From a virus: DNA of 64,000 nt. The notes beneath the pieces were generated by a model. The model was not told where the DNA came from. It saw nothing but the letters and a program-made list of their open reading frames with translations, and made no database searches. The stretch is from IMG/VR virus record IMGVR_UViG_3300049988_000263; one strand, 5' to 3'. Shown here in pieces: positions 1 to 8,304 of this stretch (the stretch's first letter is position 1; each line of letters begins with the position of its first letter). The translations under genes and the position numbers were made by a program.

Positions 1-339
1 GACAACCGCGCTCACCGAGATGTCCGAGTTGCGACGCTGCTGGCGCTGCGAATGGAACTCGTTGAAGATGTCATCGAAGCCGAACGGACCCTGGTGGGCA
101 CGAAGATCAAACTCGAAATCCCCACCCGACTGCGGACGCGGGTTTAGCGCCTCGGCCCGCTTCTGGGGATCGCTGAGAATCTGGTGGGCCTCATTGATTT
201 CCTTGAACCGAGCCTCGGCCGCCTTGTCACCGGGATTCTTGTCCGGATGCCACTGAAGGGCCAGCTTGCGGAACGCCGCCTTGATCTGTTCCGGCGTTGC
301 GTCGCGTGACACGCCAAGGGTCACAAATGGGTCGTTCAT
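1..339 (-). CDS. dnaJ: DnaJ/Hsp40 J-domain protein (3' end outside window)
   Basis: Hand translation from ATG at 339: [55 protein letters not shown]; HPD motif followed by a G/F-rich stretch. Confidence 0.9.
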   Translation of the reverse strand, partial: MNDPFVTLGVSRDATPEQIKAAFRKLALQWHPDKNPGDKAAEARFKEINEAHQILSDPQKRAEALNPRPQSGGDFEFDLRAHQGPFGFDDIFNEFHSQRQQRRNSDISVSAVV

Positions 340-415
340 AACAACTCTCTGAAAACAATTGAACCCTGATAGCACCAATTGCTACCAGGGTTCAATTAAT
401 TCAAAGACGCTTTAC

Positions 416-769
416 TTAGTGCCCGGCGACAACTTCACTGCGAGAATCGGAAACGTTCTTCAAGTATACGACGACCTCTTTCTGCTCGCGGATGTACCGC
501 TCTAGCTCGTTCAGGTTCAGAGCGAGGTTCTGGTATCCCTTTGGAGTCATCGCGATCACCGATAGCTGCTTGTCCGTGCCGTTCTTCTTGGCCGTCGCGA
601 TCAGCTTCTCAAGCTCCTTCACGTTGTAAACCTTAAACTTCACGTCCCGCATCACAACGGGCTGTGGAGTCGGAACGGGAACAGCCGCAAGCTGCATCGG
701 GGCAACCTGCTGGGAATTCTGGCAACCCGCGACGGATAGCGCGAGCAGCATGGCAAGGATCGGCTTCAT
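416..769 (-). CDS. Outer-membrane lipoprotein, o-spanin (Rz1-like)
   Basis: Lipobox LSVAG-C, Pro-rich segment, overlaps the i-spanin-like gene by 4 nt. Confidence 0.65.
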   Translation of the reverse strand: MKPILAMLLALSVAGCQNSQQVAPMQLAAVPVPTPQPVVMRDVKFKVYNVKELEKLIATAKKNGTDKQLSVIAMTPKGYQNLALNLNELERYIREQKEVVVYLKNVSDSRSEVVAGH

Positions 770-1182
770 GGTTGGGTCAATGCCTCCAGGCGAGAGAACG
801 TATCCTTGGTCGCCTTGTTGATATGATTCTCCAACACCTTGGGATGCTTAGCCCCAATCTTGTCAAGATCATATTTGGTGATCTTCTTCTGTTGTTCAGC
901 AGATTCGGTGCGAATCTTGGTGAGATTCTGGATCATCTGCTGGGAGTGCTTGATGATCGCCGCCTGATCCTTCTGAATCATCTCAGCCTGAATCTTCATC
1001 TGCTCGATCTGGAACTGCTGTACCGCGATCTCAGCGGCCAAAGCGTTCTTATGCTTGATGTCGAAATACGCGTACAGACATACGCCGAGAATGGTCACGA
1101 GAGCGACCACGCCAATGATGATTTGGGACTTATACTTGTCCAGAGTTAGGGCCATTTTGGCTTTGAGAAGAGCGTACAACAT
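766..1182 (-). CDS. i-spanin (Rz-like): N-terminal TM plus coiled coil
   Basis: TM IIIGVVALVTILGVCLYAYF then Q/E/K heptads; start placed 5 nt after CTAAATA. Confidence 0.6.
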   Translation of the reverse strand: MLYALLKAKMALTLDKYKSQIIIGVVALVTILGVCLYAYFDIKHKNALAAEIAVQQFQIEQMKIQAEMIQKDQAAIIKHSQQMIQNLTKIRTESAEQQKKITKYDLDKIGAKHPKVLENHINKATKDTFSRLEALTQP

Positions 1183-1231
1183 GTAGATATTTAGGGGGCA
1201 TCCGGCCCCACATCTACTCACATAGAATCAC

Positions 1232-1259
1232 TTGAAATTCTGACGGATCGGCGTATTAT
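1232..1259 (+). promoter_or_regulatory. Early-type promoter variant
   Basis: TTGAA-N13-GGCGTATTAT matches the repeated TTGAC-N13-GGTGTATATT motif. Confidence 0.5.
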
Positions 1260-1265
1260 CGGGGT

Positions 1266-1562
1266 ATGACGAAAATTCCTCTCCTACGCGAATGGGTTGA
1301 GTACGACGAGTTCGCACCTTGGCGACGTCAAATCGACATTAACCGGCTCGATCGGGAGAGTATCCACGCGGTGCTACGCGATACGCTGAAATCGGAGTAC
1401 CGGGACTGGCTCGATCTGCACACGCCCGGCTATCAGGTTTGCTGGTTCGAGATCATTATCCGCAATCCAGCCGAGGCGTTCGCCTTTCGGATGCGCTGGG
1501 GCGGGACGGTAGGGACTCCCATGAGACCTCCGCGCACGCATGGAGAGCCCATTCAGATATGA
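1266..1562 (+). CDS. FKxRW-family small protein (with C-terminal extension)
   Basis: IRNPAEAFAFRMRWG followed by 18 extra aa. Confidence 0.75.
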   Translation: MTKIPLLREWVEYDEFAPWRRQIDINRLDRESIHAVLRDTLKSEYRDWLDLHTPGYQVCWFEIIIRNPAEAFAFRMRWGGTVGTPMRPPRTHGEPIQI

Positions 1563-1843
1563 GCAAGCTTTCTGAGGCATGGCGGCGCGCCAAAGGGGCC
1601 ATGCAGGTCGGTCTTCACGGACGACGCTACACGGATTCCCGGCGCGGCTTGATTTATGCGGTCGATGTGCTGTTCACCGCACGTGAGCCCGAGGCGGCAC
1701 GATTCGAGTGGTGCGAGGAGAACATCACCGGGAAGTTTTCGACCATCTCGATGGGGCGGCATCCCACACTGGTTGCCTATCGGCTGAAATATATATTCTC
1801 GAATCCTGACGACGCGTTCGCTTTTAAGATGAGGTGGGGGTGA
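1559..1843 (+). CDS. FKxRW-family small protein
   Basis: Ends FSNPDDAFAFKMRWG; start overlaps the previous stop. Confidence 0.8.
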   Translation: MSKLSEAWRRAKGAMQVGLHGRRYTDSRRGLIYAVDVLFTAREPEAARFEWCEENITGKFSTISMGRHPTLVAYRLKYIFSNPDDAFAFKMRWG

Positions 1844-2073
1844 TGCACTATCTGACCCTGGGCTGGAAACATCGAACAAAATGGTACAGCCACGGCGTCC
1901 CCATGATCTCGATGGAGCCGAACGAGGACGTTCGCGGTTGGGCGTGGGAGCAGGGTATCCGCTACACGATCAAAATTGTCTCGTGGGAAAACAACGACCA
2001 ACTTTTCGCCGCCCTCTGGATCGGCTTCTATACGGACGATGACGCATTCGCTTTCAAGATGAGGTGGGGATGA
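1843..2073 (+). CDS. FKxRW-family small protein
   Basis: Ends FYTDDDAFAFKMRWG; TGATG coupling. Confidence 0.8.
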   Translation: MHYLTLGWKHRTKWYSHGVPMISMEPNEDVRGWAWEQGIRYTIKIVSWENNDQLFAALWIGFYTDDDAFAFKMRWG

Positions 2074-2330
2074 TCGGCTTTCGTATCCATTACACCATGA
2101 TGATCAGGGTTGTTGCGAACGTCTGTATTCTCACGCGCGGCGAATACATGCATTTCAAGCGGAAAGAAGGGTGGTACTACGAACTCGATGAGACCCTTCG
2201 GGCATGGTTCTATGAGCAAGAGATTCGCCCGATCCTTTACATCGTGAAGAACTCTCAAGGGCTGCTCGAATTGTGGGTCCGCTTCCAAGACGATGCCGAT
2301 ACCATGGCATACAAACTGCGCTGGGGCTGA
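2070..2330 (+). CDS. FKxRW-family small protein
   Basis: Ends FQDDADTMAYKLRWG; ATGA coupling. Confidence 0.8.
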   Translation: MIGFRIHYTMMIRVVANVCILTRGEYMHFKRKEGWYYELDETLRAWFYEQEIRPILYIVKNSQGLLELWVRFQDDADTMAYKLRWG

Positions 2331-2602
2331 TGATGAAATTCAAACACCTAGGGCCACAAACGGATTTTCTCGGGTATCCCCATGCGTTCGCCATCCCCGG
2401 TCATGTGTTCAGCCATTCCCACGTGAATGAGAACAGCAAAGCGTTCTGGGCCGGGGTCACATGGTGCGTGGAGCAGTTTGGGGAGGAAAACCAGGGGAAT
2501 CTCTATCACTCCGGCACATGGACGATCTCCGCGCCTCAGGTGCCGAGAATCCTGTTCCGGGACGCCGAGGACGCGTTCGCGTTCAAAATGCGCTGGGGTT
2601 GA
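2330..2602 (+). CDS. FKxRW-family small protein
   Basis: Ends FRDAEDAFAFKMRWG. Confidence 0.8.
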   Translation: MMKFKHLGPQTDFLGYPHAFAIPGHVFSHSHVNENSKAFWAGVTWCVEQFGEENQGNLYHSGTWTISAPQVPRILFRDAEDAFAFKMRWG

Positions 2603-2658
2603 CCACTTTCGGTCAACCAAATTCTCCTCTACAGGTTGGACCCTGATAGGGGAGACAC

Positions 2659-2988
2659 ATGGAAAACACGCTGGAATGGACCGAATCGGTTCCGCGCAAC
2701 AAAGCCGAGACTAAGGCGTTCTCCCGCCCAATCGTTACTTTGACCCAACAGGTGATTCGGTTCAAGCTCGTGCTTACCCCGGAGCGCTTCAAACGCCATC
2801 AACAGGCAATGCAACAGGTTCTGGGACGCTCCTACGCGGAGAACCTAAAAATTACGAAACCCTGCGTACGGGATAATCGCCATACCTACGGAGTCACCGC
2901 TTTGATTCTGTCCAGCGCGGTGCCATTATACGAGCGTCTGACAGGGTTCAAACTGATCCAAGATGAAATCGAAACCCGTGATTCGTGA
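2659..2988 (+). CDS. Hypothetical protein
   Basis: SD GGAGA upstream; 109 aa. Confidence 0.6.
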   Translation: MENTLEWTESVPRNKAETKAFSRPIVTLTQQVIRFKLVLTPERFKRHQQAMQQVLGRSYAENLKITKPCVRDNRHTYGVTALILSSAVPLYERLTGFKLIQDEIETRDS

Positions 2989-3436
2989 GCGATCTCTTAT
3001 CGATCTCCCTCAGGAGTTCGGGTTCGACGGCCTCAAGCTTCTCAAGCAGCCAAGGCCGAACGCTCAATGGTGGGCCAAGGCGGACGAGCAGGTCCGAGCC
3101 CTCTGCATCGACGAGCAAGCAGTCCTCCTTGGAAGCGGGCTGGTCGCCAAAATGGATTCCGCGCAGGGCTGGATCAGCGCAAGCAGCATCGACGTGCTGA
3201 CCCAGGAAGAATACCAAACCCTCCTGAATCGACTGCCTCACACAAAGAGTGAATCCCTTTTCTGCGAAAACGTAGAAACCATTTACTTTACCACGATACA
3301 ATCATCCCAAACGGTTGTCGGGATTCTCTCGTACATGTATGGTGATCTATCTCGGGCCAAGGTCTATGCAAGCAGCAATGCCGGATCGACCAAAGTGGCC
3401 AAAGCTATCGCGCAAATACCACGTTTTTCCTTCTGA
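2963..3436 (+). CDS. Hypothetical protein
   Basis: 157 aa ORF in an operon-like run. Confidence 0.55.
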   Translation: MKSKPVIRERSLIDLPQEFGFDGLKLLKQPRPNAQWWAKADEQVRALCIDEQAVLLGSGLVAKMDSAQGWISASSIDVLTQEEYQTLLNRLPHTKSESLFCENVETIYFTTIQSSQTVVGILSYMYGDLSRAKVYASSNAGSTKVAKAIAQIPRFSF

Positions 3437-3447
3437 ATTGGATCATC

Positions 3448-4116
3448 ATGCTGACAATCGCCTTCGCCGACATTCATGGACGGCGGGACCTTCTCGAAAA
3501 GATGCTCAGCACGATCTCCGCCTACGTGGGAACGCGTGAGCACCAAATCATCGCGCTCGGCGACTATGTGGATCGCGGCCCCGACTCCAAGGGGGTACTC
3601 GACCTCCTCATGACCCGCCCAGATATCATCAAGCTCCGGGGTAACCACGAGGGCATGATGCTGGCCGCCCAACAAGGGCGCTTCTCCGAGGTCCGGCACT
3701 TCGTCGATAATGGCGGCGGCGCCACCTGCAAGAGCTTCGGCGTGGTTGCTCCTCATACGATCCCAGAAGAGTACTTCGACTGGATCAGAGAGAACACCAA
3801 GCTGTATCACGAGGACGCCCGCCGGGTGTACGTCCACGCGGGCGTGGGTTGGCGTGAGCCCGATATGTCGAAGCAGCCCGAGCAGTGGCTCCTGTGGATT
3901 CGGGACGAATTCCTCCTCCGCACCGAGCCGTTCTTCAAATACATCGTCCACGGGCATACCCCGAGCCACAGCCGCAAGCCGCACATCGATCAACCCGAGG
4001 TGCTGTCCAATCGGTGCAATCTCGACACGGGCGCATACTTCACAGGCGTCCTCACCGCAGCGGTGTTCGATGACTCCCAGGATATGCCGCTGGAATTGCT
4101 CACCGTTACGCTCTGA
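3448..4116 (+). CDS. Metallophosphoesterase (PPP/lambda NinI-like Ser/Thr phosphatase family)
   Basis: Motifs ADIHG, LGDYVDRG, LRGNHE, VHAG, VHGHTP, NLDTGA. Confidence 0.92.
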   Translation: MLTIAFADIHGRRDLLEKMLSTISAYVGTREHQIIALGDYVDRGPDSKGVLDLLMTRPDIIKLRGNHEGMMLAAQQGRFSEVRHFVDNGGGATCKSFGVVAPHTIPEEYFDWIRENTKLYHEDARRVYVHAGVGWREPDMSKQPEQWLLWIRDEFLLRTEPFFKYIVHGHTPSHSRKPHIDQPEVLSNRCNLDTGAYFTGVLTAAVFDDSQDMPLELLTVTL

Positions 4117-4181
4117 GCTTACTTGGACTTGACGTTTATCTAGAACCGCGTACATTGCGCGCTCCCCAACAGGAGCGCGCA

Positions 4182-5108
4182 GTGGTAATCAACATCGAAA
4201 GACTGCTGAGCGCCAGCCGGACCACCCACGCGAAACTCGCCCAGGAAACCCACTGCTACTGGTGCGAGGAACTGTTCAACGACGAACACGTCTATGGGTC
4301 GAACCCGACCATGGATCACGTCATTCCGCTGGCCGATCTCGGACCCCGTACCGCCGCGTTCAATCTCGTCCGAGCCTGCGGGTTCTGTAATGGACTGCGC
4401 GGGCACGCCCACGTGTACGAATGGGAAGTCGTCGTACATGACTTCGTCAAACCATACCGGCGCGATCTCCCCGGTATGGCCCAGGCTCTGGCCCAGGCAG
4501 AAGGCTTCCGACGATACGCGGTGATCGTGAAAAGCATCGCCGAACGCCAAGCCATCGAACAAGTCGAAGAAGTCTCGATCCGCCGTTGGTCAGTCGATGA
4601 CGCCGCCTCAGAATTCAACGTCTCGCTCAAACGGCTCCCGAACGATTACGGGATCAACTGGTTCGAGTTCCTAAAAAGCATGATCCATACGGTCAAGGTG
4701 GATCAGATGAGCGCCGCCACCTCTCCGGTCTGGACCAACGCGGGCCTCGACCTGAAGATCAGCCGCCATGCCCGCCATGGAGCGCTGCTGGACGGCGATC
4801 TCGCCATGGTCACCCCAACGGAATGGAGAATCCTGAAGACGTTCAAAGACGCTCCAGAAGCCGTCCGCTTCCGAACAGCGGTCGGTGATGGGAATGTCTA
4901 CATGAACCTGCTCAAACTCGGCCGAGATCGAATGGGTATCCTTCTGCATCGGCCTAACCGGACCAAACAGGAGGCGAAGAACCTCTTCCTCTACGGAACG
5001 AGCGGAGCCGCCGCCCTGCGAATCCACGCGTACGCAACCCAAGAAATCATCCATCCCCTGTTGATGGAGCAAAAAGAGGTTGACACGCGTTTAGGGGTTC
5101 CTGCATAA
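4182..5108 (+). CDS. HNH nuclease-domain protein
   Basis: CYWC...MDHVIPL...NLVRACGFCNGLRG; GTG start after AGGAG. Confidence 0.75.
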   Translation: MVINIERLLSASRTTHAKLAQETHCYWCEELFNDEHVYGSNPTMDHVIPLADLGPRTAAFNLVRACGFCNGLRGHAHVYEWEVVVHDFVKPYRRDLPGMAQALAQAEGFRRYAVIVKSIAERQAIEQVEEVSIRRWSVDDAASEFNVSLKRLPNDYGINWFEFLKSMIHTVKVDQMSAATSPVWTNAGLDLKISRHARHGALLDGDLAMVTPTEWRILKTFKDAPEAVRFRTAVGDGNVYMNLLKLGRDRMGILLHRPNRTKQEAKNLFLYGTSGAAALRIHAYATQEIIHPLLMEQKEVDTRLGVPA

Positions 5109-5111
5109 ATA
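5080..5111 (+). promoter_or_regulatory. Promoter of the Ser/Gln leader
   Basis: TTGACA (5080) and CATAAATA (5104). Confidence 0.7.
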
Positions 5112-5116
5112 AAATC

Positions 5117-5212
5117 ATGATCGTCCTGAGTTCACAGCAGCAGTCCCAACAGTCGTCGTCCTCATCGAGGGCGCGGGGTTCTGTGCTGGGCGTGGAAGAG
5201 ATTGCTTTGTAA
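5117..5212 (+). CDS. Attenuator leader peptide, Ser/Gln-rich (MIVLSSQQQSQQSSSSSRARGSVLGVEEIAL)
   Basis: 9 Ser and 5 Gln codons in 31 aa; followed by a terminator; upstream of Ser/Gln tRNAs. Confidence 0.8.
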   Translation: MIVLSSQQQSQQSSSSSRARGSVLGVEEIAL

Positions 5213-5239
5213 GCGAATCCCAACCACGTTTAGGTTCAG

Positions 5240-5269
5240 ACCCCGGTGCGAAAGCAGCCGGGGTTTTTT
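5240..5269 (+). terminator. Attenuator terminator 1
   Basis: ACCCCGG-TGC-GAAA-GCA-G-CCGGGGT-TTTTT; the 5' arm is also complementary to 5174-5183. Confidence 0.85.
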
Positions 5270-5294
5270 ATTGCCAAATTCAGGAAGAATCACA

Positions 5295-5612
5295 ATGAGT
5301 TACCGAAATATCAACATCGACGGCCGACAGTGGCGCTTCAAGATCGGACGATCGTCCGTCCATCTTCGCGACCCGGACGGCAAGGGACAGGTGATCCCCA
5401 AGATCGAGATCACCCGTTACCGCCAGAGTCCGCGCAAGGAGATCAACATCGATCTGCAAGTGCACCGGGATGATCCGAAGAGCTTCCTCGACGCGATCAG
5501 TCGATGCTCCGATGCTCTCGCGATCATCGAAGAAGAGACAACATTAGGTCCACGTGACATTCGTCACTGGATCGAGAATCGACGCACGACTACTTCGATC
5601 TACAGAAACTAA
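5295..5612 (+). CDS. Hypothetical protein immediately after attenuator 1
   Basis: MSYRNINIDGRQWRFKIG...; AGGAAGA upstream. Confidence 0.6.
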   Translation: MSYRNINIDGRQWRFKIGRSSVHLRDPDGKGQVIPKIEITRYRQSPRKEINIDLQVHRDDPKSFLDAISRCSDALAIIEEETTLGPRDIRHWIENRRTTTSIYRN

Positions 5613-5644
5613 TCTGAAAAAGATCGAAAATAGTACTTGCAACA

Positions 5645-5890
5645 CCCCGTTCGATGATCTAGGTAAGGGTCATCGAACGGGGCACGGACCCTACCAACGC
5701 CTTAGGGTCCATAAACATCAGCCAGAGGGGAAACCCCCTGGAGGTCCGCGAGAGCACCGTCCGGGGTCAAGCCGATAACAGGCGAGTACCGGAAGGCCAT
5801 GGAGCGGGTGGCCAAACATAAGGAAGGAGTGAGGGTCATGGGTACAGCAGGGCGGGGCGCCCATCCCTAAGTCGGGAAAGCCTCAACAGA
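5645..5890 (+). ncRNA. Putative structured ncRNA before the tRNA-Ser cluster
   Basis: No credible CDS; 16-bp hairpin 5645-5682, GGACCCT/AGGGTCC, CCAG-GGGG-AAA-CCCC-CTGG and GGCCA/TGGCC hairpins. Confidence 0.45.
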
Positions 5891-5901
5891 GAGTGTAGCG
5901 C

Positions 5902-5990
5902 GGACGGGTGACCGAGCCCGGCTTAAGGTAGCGGTCTTGAAAACCGCCGAGGGTGAAAGCCCTCCGTGGGTTCGAATCCCACCCCGTCCG
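5902..5990 (+). tRNA. tRNA-Ser(UGA)
   Basis: Cloverleaf, loop CTTGAAA, long variable arm, G73; no encoded CCA. Confidence 0.95.
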
Positions 5991-6038
5991 CCCTACACTT
6001 TCACGATCCAGCGGAGATTTGCTGAGGTCGTAACAAGA

Positions 6039-6159
6039 ATATCAGAATCGCGTGACTGAGAGGCTTAAGGTTGACGCAGATAGATTGTGACCCGAAGGTG
6101 TCTGCAACACCGCGTGAAGGGAGCAACCGCAGGCTCGAATCCTGTCGCCTTTCTGATAT
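6039..6159 (+). ncRNA. tRNA-like RNA with expanded anticodon arm
   Basis: Ser/Leu-type D-loop ACTGAGAGGCTTAAGGT, T-arm GCAGG-CTCGAAT-CCTGT, acceptor pairs 5/7, closing stem ATATCAG/CTGATAT. Confidence 0.55.
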
Positions 6160-6165
6160 ACCTAC

Positions 6166-6251
6166 GGAGTCTGGGCAGGATGGTAATGCAGCGGTTTGCT
6201 AAACCGTACAGCCGAAAGGCTGAATGGGTTCGATTCCCATAGACTCCGCCA
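6166..6251 (+). tRNA. tRNA-Ser(GCU)
   Basis: Cloverleaf, loop TTGCTAA, variable arm, GCCA end. Confidence 0.95.
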
Positions 6252-6303
6252 AAAAATAAGTATCACGCCTTACAAAATGCGTGGTAGATTAGTATTTGCG
6301 CAG

Positions 6304-6392
6304 GGCGAGTTGGCGGAGTCTGGCTGATCGCGAACGATTCGAAATCGTTTAGACCTGAAAGGGTCTCGGGGGTTCGAATCCCTCACTCGCCG
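6304..6392 (+). tRNA. tRNA-Ser(CGA)
   Basis: Cloverleaf, loop TTCGAAA, variable arm. Confidence 0.95.
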
Positions 6393-6416
6393 CGCTAAAT
6401 TCTATATGTTTTTGAG

Positions 6417-6507
6417 GGACAGGTGGCTGAGTTGGCTTAAGGCGCGCGCCTGGAAAGTGCGTGTACGTGAAAGCGTACCCCGAGTTCGAATCTCGGTCTG
6501 TCCGCCA
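6417..6507 (+). tRNA. tRNA-Ser(GGA)
   Basis: Cloverleaf, loop CTGGAAA, GCCA end. Confidence 0.95.
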
Positions 6508-6570
6508 AAAACATATAGATAGTAAATGAGCTAATTTCTATTATTCCTGCATATTGTAGGAATTTTAGAA

Positions 6571-7038
6571 GTGAATAGAAAACCCAATTGTAGTTGTTCT
6601 GTTTGTAGTACTGAAATATACAGAAGACCGATTCAAATTGAAGCAGGTCCAGTTTTCTGTAGCTCAAAATGCCATGGGTCAACGACGAGAAGACCTCCGG
6701 GTAAGTGCGCAAACTGCGAAGCGGAGATTTCAGGAAAGAGAACATATTGTTCTAAGTCTTGTGCTACGCATAGTAAAATTGGACTGAAGTACAACAAGGG
6801 TAATCCCGCGCTGTATTACAGTTTGAAGCTTAGGGTTGATCTTGCGGAAGCTCGCGGTGGAAGCTGTGAAATCTGTAGGAATGATAACTTCGCAATTCTA
6901 CAAGTCCATCACCTCATTAGAAGGTGTGATGGAGGCGGGGATGAGCATAGTAATCTTCAGCTTCTTTGTGCAAACTGTCATGCAGAGCAGCATAGGGGTA
7001 AATTTACATTCGATATGTGGAAAGAAAAGAAAGAGTAA
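6571..7038 (+). CDS. HNH homing endonuclease within the tRNA cluster
   Basis: Several CxxC motifs; LQVHHLIRR...NLQLLCANCHAEQH; AT-richer than flanks. Confidence 0.85.
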   Translation: MNRKPNCSCSVCSTEIYRRPIQIEAGPVFCSSKCHGSTTRRPPGKCANCEAEISGKRTYCSKSCATHSKIGLKYNKGNPALYYSLKLRVDLAEARGGSCEICRNDNFAILQVHHLIRRCDGGGDEHSNLQLLCANCHAEQHRGKFTFDMWKEKKE

Positions 7039-7053
7039 CGAGAAGTGTTTTGC

Positions 7054-7127
7054 TGAGGGATCATCTAGCGGTAGGATAGCGGTCTCTGACACCGTTCACC
7101 TTGGTTCGAATCCAAGTCCCTCAGCCA
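7054..7127 (+). tRNA. tRNA-Gln(CUG)
   Basis: Cloverleaf, U1, loop CTCTGAC, GCCA end. Confidence 0.93.
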
Positions 7128-7155
7128 AACACTTTACAAGACAGCAGTAATTCGC

Positions 7156-7226
7156 TTGGGATTAGTTTAACGGTAGAACTAAGCACTCTGAATGCTTCAG
7201 TCGTGGTTCGAATCCATGATCCCAAG
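7156..7226 (+). tRNA. tRNA-Gln(CUG), second copy
   Basis: Cloverleaf, loop CTCTGAA. Confidence 0.9.
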
Positions 7227-7243
7227 CAAATTACTGTTTTAAT

Positions 7244-7285
7244 GTAGCCAGGGCAGCGATGCTCTGGCTACAATCGTTTCATGAC
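7244..7285 (+). repeat. 42-bp direct repeat copy 1 (11-bp hairpin + ATG)
   Basis: GTAGCCAGGGCAGCGATGCTCTGGCTACAATCGTTTCATGAC, identical to 7541-7582. Confidence 0.95.
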
Positions 7286-7544
7286 GATCCCCGACAATCT
7301 CCCGCTGATCCAGTCTGAAAAGACGGCGCCGACCGACGATCCACTGTTCAGCGATTTCGCTTATGGGTTCACCCTCGACGATCGGCACGCACAGCTTTAC
7401 GAATGTGTCGCGTGGTGTGCCGAGCGATTCGGAACGTGCAGCAAGAACGGAAGTTGGTTCCTGAACGCCGTTGGCCGGTATGGGACCGCGATCTGGTTCC
7501 GAGATTTCAACCACGCGATGGAGTTCAAGCTCACATGGAAGTAG
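7281..7544 (+). CDS. FKxRW-family small protein
   Basis: Ends FRDFNHAMEFKLTWK. Confidence 0.8.
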   Translation: MTIPDNLPLIQSEKTAPTDDPLFSDFAYGFTLDDRHAQLYECVAWCAERFGTCSKNGSWFLNAVGRYGTAIWFRDFNHAMEFKLTWK

Positions 7545-7582
7545 CCAGGGCAGCGATGCTCTGGCTACAATCGTTTCATGAC
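7541..7582 (+). repeat. 42-bp direct repeat copy 2
   Basis: Identical to 7244-7285. Confidence 0.95.
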
Positions 7583-7823
7583 CATCCGCTTCATCGTCCG
7601 CGACCCCGATACGCTATGGTACAACCACGATATCCGTCGATTCCGGTTCGGATTCATAGATGTTTCTGCGGTCTTATACCGGGAGGATCAGCGAGAGATC
7701 GAGATGTGGTGCCAGGAGCATATCGGTGAGTACGGTGCCAAGGGGCTGTGGTACACGCATGATGCGACCTTCTGGTTCGTCCACGAGGATCACGCGATGG
7801 AATTCAAGCTGCGATGGTTCTGA
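7578..7823 (+). CDS. FKxRW-family small protein
   Basis: Ends FVHEDHAMEFKLRWF. Confidence 0.8.
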   Translation: MTIRFIVRDPDTLWYNHDIRRFRFGFIDVSAVLYREDQREIEMWCQEHIGEYGAKGLWYTHDATFWFVHEDHAMEFKLRWF

Positions 7824-7825
7824 AC

Positions 7826-8092
7826 ATGAACCAATATCGTATCCAACTTCCTCTGATCCGCGCCGAGATCGTTAACCCAACGGGTGAGCGATTCTACAAC
7901 GGGTTCTCGTATGCGTTCGACCTATACGATCAGCACGCATCGTTTAAGGACGTGATCGCGTGGTGCGAGGAGCGATTCGGCGCGGACGATCCCGAGGGGC
8001 ATTGGATGACCGAGACCAACACGATGGCGACCGTCGTCGTATGGTTTCGCGAGTCCGCCGAGGCGATGGAGTTCAAGCTCAGATGGGCGTGA
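7826..8092 (+). CDS. FKxRW-family small protein
   Basis: Ends FRESAEAMEFKLRWA. Confidence 0.8.
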   Translation: MNQYRIQLPLIRAEIVNPTGERFYNGFSYAFDLYDQHASFKDVIAWCEERFGADDPEGHWMTETNTMATVVVWFRESAEAMEFKLRWA

Positions 8093-8304
8093 AGCCGAGA
8101 ATCTGTCCGACGACTTGCCCTAGACCTGACGGGTTCGAGTATGGATTCTATGCACCATACGCGGACGACGTAATGGTTTGGGAGCATGAGGTGGTCCGCT
8201 GGTGTGTTGCGCGATTCGACAGGCGTGAGTGGTTAATTTTGACTCATATCATTTGGTTCAAGCACGCAGATCACGCGATGGAGTTCAAGCTGAGGTGGGT
8301 ATGA
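8089..8304 (+). CDS. FKxRW-family small protein
   Basis: GTG start overlapping the previous stop; ends FKHADHAMEFKLRWV. Confidence 0.8.
   Translation: MKPRICPTTCPRPDGFEYGFYAPYADDVMVWEHEVVRWCVARFDRREWLILTHIIWFKHADHAMEFKLRWV

Noticed and set aside
6437-6745. Minus ORF ending DRPRFELGVRFHVHALSRRAP (and similar ORFs at 34262-34660, 35761-36483, 23964-24563)
   Set aside because: Translations of tRNA sequence, not genes.
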